Shown here piece after piece: positions 1-6,737 of a stretch of 11,318 nt of DNA; within the stretch, counting starts at the first letter, position 1, and each line of letters starts with the position of its first letter. The notes below the pieces were generated by a model that was given only the letters and a program-made list of their open reading frames with translations, was not told the origin of the DNA and made no database searches. The translations under genes and the position numbers were made by a program. The stretch spans positions 1-11,318 of IMG/VR virus record IMGVR_UViG_2778261301_000003; one strand, given 5' to 3'. Source of the stretch: a virus. Taxonomy: Duplodnaviria > Heunggongvirae > Uroviricota > Caudoviricetes.

Positions 1-78
1 ATGCTTCCATCGGAAACGATGATCTGGCAGCCTGAGTTCACAGATAAAACACTCTCCAGGAAACCCGGGGCGGTTCAT
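1..78 (-). CDS. Hypothetical protein, 5' portion only (gene continues beyond window start)
   Basis: Reverse-strand ATG at 78-76 in frame to the window edge (MNRPGFPGECFICELRLPDHRFRWKH...), with a weak AAGG Shine-Dalgarno 5 nt upstream. Only 26 codons are visible. Confidence 0.25.
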   Translation of the reverse strand, partial: MNRPGFPGECFICELRLPDHRFRWKH

Positions 79-150
79 TACGCCTTGCTCCATCTTCCGC
101 CATATCGGCATGAATAAGGTCTGCGAGTGTGCTCACATTCACCTCTCCAG

Positions 151-333
151 TTACATTGGTTTTGTAATGTTGCTAGTCATCTTGCGAATAAAAAGATGCG
201 TAAGTAGCCTTGCTTCCCACATGTAAATCTCTTCAAGGCGAGATAAATCTACGAACACCGGACCTTTGTAATCTGGTCTTGATGCCCTTATGTATGAGCT
301 AATAGTTTGTGCATCTTGCTCGTCCAGATTCAT
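151..333 (-). CDS. Hypothetical small protein (60 aa) downstream of ren
   Basis: Track ORF 151..351 begins at a TTG; the first ATG is at 333-331, preceded by a purine-rich SD (GGGGGAGAGGGAAG). No recognisable motif. Confidence 0.4.
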   Translation of the reverse strand: MNLDEQDAQTISSYIRASRPDYKGPVFVDLSRLEEIYMWEARLLTHLFIRKMTSNITKPM

Positions 334-349
334 GACTTCCCTCTCCCCC

Positions 350-381
350 AAATAAAAAGGCCTGCGATTACCAGCAGGCCT
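350..381 (-). terminator. Intrinsic terminator after ren (tR2-like position)
   Basis: Minus-strand hairpin with stem GGCCTGC/GCAGGCC (359-365 and 374-380) and an 8-nt loop, followed on the minus strand by a U-rich tract (A-run 350-358 on the plus strand). Confidence 0.45.
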
Positions 382-406
382 GTTATTAGCTCAGTAATGT
401 AGATGG

Positions 407-697
407 TCATTGCCTTACCTCCATAAGCGCCCTATTAATAAACGCCGTCATTGGATTTGCACATCCCCACCCCGTACCATCTGGATTTCTTTTAATTGGC
501 TCCTTCTTCACTTTGCGTTTTGCATAAATAACCGTCTTCCACTTACGCTCAACAACACTCAAATGCCCTTGTTTCACCATATGCCTTGCTGCTTGAGCGA
601 TTCTGTTATTTGGTATTCCTGTGATCAGTGCTAATTCATGTGGGGAGAATTGTTCATGAGTTTTCAGATATTCCAGGATGATTTCTTTTCCAGTCAC
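407..697 (-). CDS. ren: Ren-like protein (96 aa)
   Basis: Same length as lambda Ren and a similar N-terminus (MTGKE.II.YL.TH...) from memory; located immediately downstream of the replication genes, with its start overlapping the upstream gene's stop (694-697). Confidence 0.55.
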   Translation of the reverse strand: MTGKEIILEYLKTHEQFSPHELALITGIPNNRIAQAARHMVKQGHLSVVERKWKTVIYAKRKVKKEPIKRNPDGTGWGCANPMTAFINRALMEVRQ

Positions 698-1587
698 GAT
701 CTGCTCCTGTAACTATCCCATGTAAACGCAAGAGTGCACCCGCCGCCATCATTCATTCTGTCAATAACACGCTCACCAATGAATGCCGAAAGTTCATCTT
801 TGCTCTGATTACTAATCAGGATTGTTGGCTTCATGTATTCATATCTGGTGTTGATAATTTCGAACATGATTAGCTTTTCAGCATCACTGCCGAACTGCAC
901 GCCAACCTCATCGATTATTAACAAGTCAGGATGCGTAAATTGCCTAATGACTTCTTCTTCAGTTCTGGTTGCGGCCTTAGACCATGTTGATTTGTACTCT
1001 CTGGCAATTTTCAACGCAGTGGTAAATATCACAGAGCTTTGATGCTCGATAATGGCGTGCCTAGCGATAGCCAGTGCAAGATGGTTCTTTCCAGTTCCAG
1101 GCTTACCACACATGACCAGTCCGCCACCTTTTTGAAGGCGTTCAGGCCACTTACAGGCATATGCCTGGCATACCTTAAGAACTCGCTTTGCATCATCGTT
1201 AACAGGCTCATAATTCTGAAGAGTGCAATTTTTGAACCTCTCTGGAATATTGAGAGAATTCAACAAGTATTCAATTTTTGATTGTCTTGCTCTTTGTTCT
1301 GCCTGCTCACGTTCAATCTCTTTCTTACGAATTTTCTCCTCAAGGCACTGTGGGCACTCAGATTTACTTGAAGTAATTCTTTTTCCTGAGATGGTCAGAT
1401 ATTTCTCATAGGAAGTATATTTACCGTGTTTCTCGCACTCTTCCACTGTGCTGGTAACTGACATTCCATCTGATGCTGATCCAATTTTGCTAAACTCAAG
1501 TTTCTGTTTCAGATCAGAAATGTCATTGATTTTTGAGTCTACAAGTTGCCTTTGCAGTGCCAGATTGTAACCATTTGTCGTATTCAT
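694..1587 (-). CDS. DnaC-like replicative helicase loader (IstB/DnaC-type AAA+ ATPase), occupying the lambda P slot
   Basis: Walker A GKPGTGKNHLA and Walker B LLIIDEVG are visible, with a Cys-containing N-terminal region (CEKHG...CPQC). Start chosen at ATG 1587 with AGGAG SD 5 nt upstream and 2 nt after the O stop; the track's upstream ATG at 1605 lies inside O. Confidence 0.8.
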   Translation of the reverse strand: MNTTNGYNLALQRQLVDSKINDISDLKQKLEFSKIGSASDGMSVTSTVEECEKHGKYTSYEKYLTISGKRITSSKSECPQCLEEKIRKKEIEREQAEQRARQSKIEYLLNSLNIPERFKNCTLQNYEPVNDDAKRVLKVCQAYACKWPERLQKGGGLVMCGKPGTGKNHLALAIARHAIIEHQSSVIFTTALKIAREYKSTWSKAATRTEEEVIRQFTHPDLLIIDEVGVQFGSDAEKLIMFEIINTRYEYMKPTILISNQSKDELSAFIGERVIDRMNDGGGCTLAFTWDSYRSRS

Positions 1588-1589
1588 AT

Positions 1590-2435
1590 TCACTCCTGCG
1601 CCCATGAAGGCATTTCAGTTTGTCCGTAATCTTTGGCGGCAAAGTTTTCCTGCATAGCTCGATGCTGCGGCCTCGGTTGAGGTTTCCCCTTTGGAGTCTT
1701 GGGCTCAAAAATCCCCTGCCAACCACTGGCGATGCTCTGGTTTATAATTTCTTCAGGTGTATATCCCTTCTCCAGACTTCTGCTTAGAACGTTGATAGCC
1801 TGAGTGACACTTTGCTTAGACTTGATCGACTTACCTATCTCCTTGCGATAGGTAACCCACGACAACCATGTTTCTGCTGATAACCAATCAGGCAACTCTG
1901 TTTCTAGCGGGTCGAACTTCTGAGAAACTTTTTTGGGGGATATAGGGGGTTTATTAATATTTTCTTTTGTCTTTAAAGAATGTCTTTTGTGTGTCTCTAA
2001 CTTCGAGACATTGAGTGTCTCTAATTTGGAGACATTTTTTGTCTCTAACTTCGAGACAAAGTTGCTAACTTGGAGACACTTGCTGAATTGCCACGCAGAT
2101 ACCTCCCTGTTTACACCGATTTTATTTCCATCCATAAACAGGCAATTCATTGAAATCAGTTCTTTTTTAGCCTTGTTAACATTCTGCCTTGACAGTCCTG
2201 TTAACTGAGCAATTTGCTCATCGGCTATTCGATCTGTTTTCTTATTGAAGCCATATGTTTTCCGGACGTAGGCCAGCATAACTTTCAACTGGCGAGCGGT
2301 TAAATCGGCACTTGCGATAGCTTCCAGCAGCTCGTTAGCGAATCTGGTGTAACCATCATCGATATCAGCCACTCTTAGCTCCTGTTCGGCAAAGTTACCT
2401 CTGCCGAAGTTGAGTATTTTTGCTGTATTTGTCAT
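1590..2435 (-). CDS. O: Replication initiator protein O (lambda O family)
   Basis: N-terminus MTNTAKILNFGRGNFA... matches lambda O from memory; the coding region contains the ori iterons (translated as repeated VSKLET) and an adjacent AT-rich tract, as in lambda ori. Confidence 0.85.
   Translation of the reverse strand: MTNTAKILNFGRGNFAEQELRVADIDDGYTRFANELLEAIASADLTARQLKVMLAYVRKTYGFNKKTDRIADEQIAQLTGLSRQNVNKAKKELISMNCLFMDGNKIGVNREVSAWQFSKCLQVSNFVSKLETKNVSKLETLNVSKLETHKRHSLKTKENINKPPISPKKVSQKFDPLETELPDWLSAETWLSWVTYRKEIGKSIKSKQSVTQAINVLSRSLEKGYTPEEIINQSIASGWQGIFEPKTPKGKPQPRPQHRAMQENFAAKDYGQTEMPSWAQE
1992..2078. repeat. Origin of replication iterons (4 copies, about 24-bp period) inside the O gene
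   Basis: TGTCTCTAACTTCGAGACA at 1992-2010 and 2040-2058, TGTCTCTAATTTGGAGACA at 2016-2034, and a degenerate fourth copy at 2060-2078. Each has inverted-repeat arms TGTCTC/GAGACA. An AT-rich tract at 1921-1991 lies on the O-downstream side. Confidence 0.7.
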
Positions 2436-2447
2436 AATGACTCCTGT

Positions 2448-2524
2448 GGATTGATCCAGTAATGACCTCAGAACTCCATCTGGATTTGATCAGAACGCTC
2501 GGTTGCCGCCGGGCGTTTTTTATT
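2448..2524 (+). ncRNA. oop: oop antisense RNA with pO promoter upstream and intrinsic terminator at its 3' end
   Basis: Sequence TTGATCCAGTAATGACCTCAGAACTCCATCTGGATTTGATCAGAACGCTCGGTTGCCGCCGGGCGTTTTTTATT is near-identical to lambda oop RNA from memory. Candidate pO -35 TTGAGT (2410-2415) and -10 CATAAT (2433-2438); the RNA is antisense to the cII 3' end. Confidence 0.7.
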
Positions 2525-2764
2525 GGTGAGTCCATCAAGCGCATACTTAAAAGCCCTGCTAATCGGACTGATATCTGATGCCATTCCGAAAGCACACAAG
2601 ACCGAAGCAATAAATCTCCAGTCCGTTCTGCTTATCTTCGATTCATGACAGCCAATCATCTTTGCCAGACCGCGCTGGGTAAGCGTTGACAGGTTGATGA
2701 GTAAATCTGTTTCTGCGCGATCAACGTCGCGCTGTGATAGTTTGCTGTAACTTGTTTGTTCCAT
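2468..2764 (-). CDS. cII: cII-family transcriptional activator (98 aa)
   Basis: C-terminus LTNKKRPAATERSDQIQMEF matches the lambda cII C-terminus from memory; the N-terminal HTH region (QRGLAKMIGCHESKISR) is divergent. Position between cro and O. Confidence 0.75.
   Translation of the reverse strand: MEQTSYSKLSQRDVDRAETDLLINLSTLTQRGLAKMIGCHESKISRTDWRFIASVLCAFGMASDISPISRAFKYALDGLTNKKRPAATERSDQIQMEF
2742..2755 (+). promoter_or_regulatory. pRE-like cII-binding motif (TTGC-N6-TTGT) overlapping the cII start region
   Basis: TTGCTGTAACTTGT on the plus strand resembles the TTGC-N6-TTGC cII box of lambda pRE, and is oriented to drive antisense-cro/cI transcription. The second half-site is imperfect. 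Confidence 0.35.
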
Positions 2765-2828
2765 TTCTTACTATTTCCATAGGTAAATAATCACTAATAC
2801 TCATCTTTCGATGAGTGATTAATTAGTT

Positions 2829-2863
2829 ACCGCGTTGTCGGCGGTGCAGATTGATAAAGAGCG
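2829..2863 (-). promoter_or_regulatory. nutR (boxA plus P22-type boxB)
   Basis: On the minus strand, boxA CGCTCTTTAT (2854-2863) is followed 8 nt later by the hairpin ACCGCCGACAACGCGGT (2829-2845) with a GACAA loop, between cro and cII. Confidence 0.6.
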
Positions 2864-2870
2864 GTGTTAC

Positions 2871-3080
<210 letters not shown>

Positions 3081-3097
3081 TTAGTACATGCAATCAT

Positions 3098-3161
3098 TAT
3101 CACCGCCAGAGGTAAAATAGTCAACACGCACGGTGTTAGATATTTATCCCTTGCGGTGATA
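3098..3161. promoter_or_regulatory. OR operator cluster (OR1, OR2, OR3) with divergent pR and pRM
   Basis: TATCACCGCCAGAGGTA (3098-3114), CAACACGCACGGTGTTA (3122-3138) and TATCCCTTGCGGTGATA (3145-3161) match lambda OR1/OR2/OR3. The cI ATG at 3172 sits right at the expected pRM leaderless start. Confidence 0.9.
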
Positions 3162-3168
3162 GATTTAA

Positions 3169-3885
<717 letters not shown>

Positions 3886-3892
3886 CACGTAA

Positions 3893-4330
3893 ATGATTAA
3901 AGAACGTATTTCTTATATCATTCCGATTGCGATGGATGAAGGCAACCCCGTAACTCCAGTTCTTATCTATGAAATGGATAAAGACTCCCATGAAGTGGAT
4001 CTGTCATTTGGCGCTTTTTTTATCGGCCTTAAGGCTACAAAAAAATATTCCATAGGCATTGAGGTTTTCAATGCTCAAGAAATACCGATACCAATTGACA
4101 CAAAACTGTACTCCAACCATAAGTTTTTTACGGTAGCAGAAGCCAACGATGGAGAAACCATCGTATCAACTTCTATGAGAATTAACTTCCCAAGGGTGAA
4201 AATTATCAAGCCTGGGATATTCGAAGTTAGAGCATCACTGGTTAATCCTGAGAAAGGCGAAGTAATTGATGTAAAAAGTTCGTTTTTTGACGTGAAGATA
4301 ACAGGATCAGTTCGCGATGAGTTTAGATAA
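3893..4330 (+). CDS. Hypothetical soluble protein (145 aa) in the rexA-equivalent position
   Basis: ATG 7 nt after the cI stop with no obvious SD, suggesting coupling to cI translation. No TM segment or signal peptide; hydrophobic/polar alternation suggests a beta-rich fold. Not RexA-like by size (145 vs 279 aa); no recognisable catalytic motif. Confidence 0.6.
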   Translation: MIKERISYIIPIAMDEGNPVTPVLIYEMDKDSHEVDLSFGAFFIGLKATKKYSIGIEVFNAQEIPIPIDTKLYSNHKFFTVAEANDGETIVSTSMRINFPRVKIIKPGIFEVRASLVNPEKGEVIDVKSSFFDVKITGSVRDEFR

Positions 4331-4688
4331 CAAGGTTGCTCAGCTTCGTCCAAATCAAAACATATCTCGCCCAATTGGACACTATTCCACTGATGATGCA
4401 TACTCTCGGCATGGTGGAGGAAACGGCGGAGGTAACATGCTTGAGGCTAGAGTTGCAAAGCTAGAGTCTGATGTTGAATACATCAAGCGCGATCTCGCTG
4501 AGGTAAAGTCAGATATAAAATCTGTTGATTCTCGTCTGTCAGGTATTGAGACAAGCATTAGCTCAGCAAAAACCACCATTAAGGCATCTGCGGTCGTTGT
4601 CAGTTTCGTGTTCGCATTTTGCGCCTACATTTTTGGAAGTTATGTATCCAAAATCCTTGATGCCTTAAACGGACTCGTTCTTAAGTAA
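4317..4688 (+). CDS. Hypothetical tail-anchored membrane protein (123 aa): Gly-rich N-terminus, coiled coil, single C-terminal TM helix
   Basis: ATG at 4317 overlaps the upstream stop (4328-4330). An alternative start at ATG 4437 with GGAGG 4 nt upstream would give 83 aa. Heptad-like segment LEARVAKLESDVEYIKRDLAEVKSDIKSVDSRL, then hydrophobic AVVVSFVFAFCAYIFGSYV. Architecture resembles XhlA-like or holin-like small membrane proteins (from memory, unverified). Confidence 0.6.
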   Translation: MSLDNKVAQLRPNQNISRPIGHYSTDDAYSRHGGGNGGGNMLEARVAKLESDVEYIKRDLAEVKSDIKSVDSRLSGIETSISSAKTTIKASAVVVSFVFAFCAYIFGSYVSKILDALNGLVLK

Positions 4689-4694
4689 CACACA

Positions 4695-4721
4695 ACCCGG
4701 CCTCAGTGCCGGGTTTTCTTT
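4695..4721 (+). terminator. Intrinsic terminator closing the cI operon (t-imm equivalent)
   Basis: Stem ACCCGGC/GCCGGGT (4695-4701 and 4708-4714) with loop CTCAGT, followed by TTTTCTTT. Confidence 0.7.
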
Positions 4722-4872
4722 GCCTCTCGATCCCCCCCTCCCAACAACACATAACCATTTGTATTTATTGGAAAACTAATAGATACAACTTGCTAAACAG
4801 TGCAATTCTGATCCCTCACCTACCTAACAATTCACCCCTGCAAAAAATAAATCCATATAAAAAACATACAGA

Positions 4873-4935
4873 TAACCATCTGCGGTGATAAATTATCTCT
4901 AGCGGTGTTGACACAAATACCACTAGCGGTGATAC
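4873..4935 (+). promoter_or_regulatory. OL operator cluster (OL3, OL2, OL1) with pL promoter reading rightward
   Basis: AACCATCTGCGGTGATA (4873-4889), TATCTCTAGCGGTGTTG (4893-4909) and TACCACTAGCGGTGATA (4917-4933) are lambda-type 17-mers. pL -35 TTGACA (4907-4912) and -10 GATACT (4930-4935), followed by the conserved ACATCAGCAGGACGC start region. Confidence 0.9.
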
Positions 4936-4981
4936 TAAACACATCAGCAGGACGCTGGAAGCCAAACGGAACAGATTGGCA

Positions 4982-5016
4982 TGCTCTTTAACTTCGATGG
5001 GGCGCTGACAAAGCGC
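4982..5016 (+). promoter_or_regulatory. nutL (boxA plus P22-type boxB)
   Basis: boxA TGCTCTTTAAC (4982-4992) and boxB hairpin GCGCTGACAAAGCGC (5002-5016) with a GACAA pentaloop, in the pL leader upstream of N. Confidence 0.7.
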
Positions 5017-5135
5017 AAACAGATACCAAACGAGATGGGTTTGGCGGTGATGTGAATTGCAGATGCAACGACAGCAACCAGAAGATCAGCACCTGGCGCA
5101 TCACCACCAAAGCCATTTCACATGAGGAAAACATC

Positions 5136-5444
5136 ATGACGGTAATCGTGTACGGAAAATCAACATTTGCAGGAAATGCCAAAACTCGCCGTCATGAGCG
5201 GCGCAGAAAGCTGGCTATCGAGCGTGATTCCATCTGCAACATCATCGATTCGATCTTCGGCACAGACAGTGAGGAAGATGTTCAGGAAGAACCGAGAAAG
5301 CGTTTAAGTCTTTCTGAAAAAGCAATATCACTCGGCATCATCAGTAAATCAAATACAGATGCGAATGGCGGAAGCGTTTGTTTGCCTGAAGTTGCACTGT
5401 ATGCTGCTGGTTACAGGTCAATGAAATCAATTACGGCGAGATAG
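5136..5444 (+). CDS. N: Antitermination protein N, P22 type (102 aa)
   Basis: N-terminal arginine-rich motif GNAKTRRHERRRKLAIERD matches the P22 N boxB-binding peptide (from memory). Start at ATG 5136 with AGGAA SD; the track's 130-aa ORF from 5052 runs into the nut leader and is rejected. Confidence 0.85.
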   Translation: MTVIVYGKSTFAGNAKTRRHERRRKLAIERDSICNIIDSIFGTDSEEDVQEEPRKRLSLSEKAISLGIISKSNTDANGGSVCLPEVALYAAGYRSMKSITAR

Positions 5445-5446
5445 AA

Positions 5447-5713
5447 ATGACTAGCAAACAAGTATCATATAAATGCTATTGCCCTTTATGTGGAAGAAAA
5501 TTCAGCGCCAAGGCAGCATGGAAGCATATCAATGATTATCATCCAAAAGCATCAGAACGTGAGTTGATGATGATAAGAGATGTAAAACGAGAAAAAATTT
5601 CTTTCGCAACAAAGCCACTAAACGCCAACAAAAACGCAATATTGTATCAAATGCATCGTTCAAGTGGTCCAGATTATTCTGGAGGGCTTCCATCTCTTGG
5701 AAAGAAAAAATAA
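5447..5713 (+). CDS. Small zinc-finger protein (88 aa), C2H2-like
   Basis: Motif C-x2-C-x11-H-x4-H (CPLCGRKFSAKAAWKHINDYH) near the N-terminus; starts 2 nt after the N stop; basic C-terminal tail. Confidence 0.55.
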   Translation: MTSKQVSYKCYCPLCGRKFSAKAAWKHINDYHPKASERELMMIRDVKREKISFATKPLNANKNAILYQMHRSSGPDYSGGLPSLGKKK

Positions 5714-5733
5714 CCACGCTCATGCTGGTTTTT
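5712..5733 (+). terminator. Possible weak intrinsic terminator (tL1-like) after the zinc-finger gene
   Basis: Imperfect hairpin AACCACGC/GCTGGTT (one bulge) with loop TCAT, followed by TTT, immediately after the stop at 5711-5713. Confidence 0.3.
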
Positions 5734-5846
5734 AATGACATAAATAACCGTATTTACTACCGCAAGCCACGCAGTGAAATGGGTGTGACTTGTGTTGGTC
5801 GCCAGAAAATGAAATTAGGCAGCAAACCACTTATTTGAGGTGAGAT

Positions 5847-6212
5847 ATGGAAGAACAAGCAAACAAGATTCTCGTAGAACTACTGCAAAAAGCCAGTAAT
5901 GGAATAGACGCGGCTGTTTCATTTAGCCAGGCACAGATTCCTGATGTCATCCATCAGCTTTTGATGTGGCACGCCGTATCATCAGCTGGAATTCAGGCTA
6001 TCTGTGTATTGGTGATTATAGCGTGTGTTTATCTGATGATTTTTGCATGGAATAAAGGAGATGATGCAGATATTGTTATTTTATCACTACTTGTCACATC
6101 AGGAATAGCGATTACTTCTATTGTTGTTTTCTTCAATTATTTCGACTGGCTGAAAATTTGGCTTGCTCCAAAACTTTACCTTATCGAATATGCCGCATCA
6201 TTGGTTAAGTAA
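5847..6212 (+). CDS. Small inner-membrane protein (121 aa, two predicted TM helices)
   Basis: GAGGTGAG SD upstream of ATG 5847; hydrophobic segments AVSSAGIQAICVLVIIACVYLMIFAW and IVILSLLVTSGIAITSIVVFFNYF. Confidence 0.6.
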   Translation: MEEQANKILVELLQKASNGIDAAVSFSQAQIPDVIHQLLMWHAVSSAGIQAICVLVIIACVYLMIFAWNKGDDADIVILSLLVTSGIAITSIVVFFNYFDWLKIWLAPKLYLIEYAASLVK

Positions 6213-6265
6213 TTTCATGCCGCATAGTCGGCCTTTATTTTTGGCATAAACAATATGGGGTAAAA

Positions 6266-6592
6266 ATGAAAGTTTTAATGGTTTATGAAAATGTTCCAGA
6301 GTCGACTGAAATCTATATTTTTGATGCCAATGAAGATGAAGTTAACGATTTGAAATTGTCTCACGGCAATTACACAAATGCTAATTGTGATGAAAGTATC
6401 GAAAAAGCACTATCACGTGTTCTTGTCAGAATTAGTGATCCAGAACATTGTGATGATGATTGGCTTTCTTATTGTGGAGCGGTAAAAACTGATGCAGGAA
6501 AATGGAGTAAAAGTAAAGTTGATAACTCAACTCCAATCATTATGAAAGATAGTGATATTGAAATGGTAATAATAACCGGAATGATTATGTAG
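6266..6592 (+). CDS. Hypothetical acidic protein (108 aa)
   Basis: ORF with a G-rich SD; about 21 Asp/Glu versus about 10 Lys/Arg by hand count; AT-rich codon usage typical of moron genes. Confidence 0.5.
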   Translation: MKVLMVYENVPESTEIYIFDANEDEVNDLKLSHGNYTNANCDESIEKALSRVLVRISDPEHCDDDWLSYCGAVKTDAGKWSKSKVDNSTPIIMKDSDIEMVIITGMIM

Positions 6593-6608
6593 GCTGCGAA
6601 TAAGCACT

Positions 6609-6636
6609 GTGTATTCATTCAAACGAGTGAATACAC
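6609..6636 (+). other. Perfect 9-bp inverted repeat (GTGTATTCA-N10-TGAATACAC) in the intergenic region
   Basis: Arms at 6609-6617 and 6628-6636; no U-tract follows. Could be an RNA hairpin (processing site or pause) or a dimeric protein-binding site. Confidence 0.35.
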
Positions 6637-6737
6637 GGAGCAATGTCGCTCGTAACTAAACAGGAGCCGACTTGTTCTGATTATTGGAAATCTTCTTTGC
6701 CCTCCAATGTGAGGGCAATTTTTTTGACGGAGGATAT

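Noticed and set aside
410-634. Plus-strand 74-aa ORF antisense to ren
   Set aside because: It lies entirely within the ren-like CDS on the opposite strand and has no RBS.
1992-2078. Possible CRISPR-like repeat array
   Set aside because: Four about 19-bp repeats at a 24-bp period with no unique spacers, embedded in the O coding sequence: these are replication-origin iterons.
1933-2208. Plus-strand 91-aa ORF across the ori iterons
   Set aside because: It is antisense to O, which is well supported; it results from the repeat structure.
3886-4688. Possibility that the two post-cI genes are divergent rexA/rexB
   Set aside because: The sizes are wrong (145 and 123 aa versus 279 and 144 aa) and the second protein has a single C-terminal TM helix rather than RexB's multi-pass topology. 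Remote homology cannot be excluded without a profile search.
5052-5135. N-terminal extension of the N ORF (track ORF 5052..5444, 130 aa)
   Set aside because: The extension runs into the nut leader and has no SD, whereas ATG 5136 has an AGGAA SD and yields an N-terminus matching P22 N.
4706-5182. ORFs 4706..4888 (+) and 4988..5182 (-) over the OL/pL/nutL region
   Set aside because: They overlap recognisable operator, promoter and nut elements and lack start signals; the region is regulatory.
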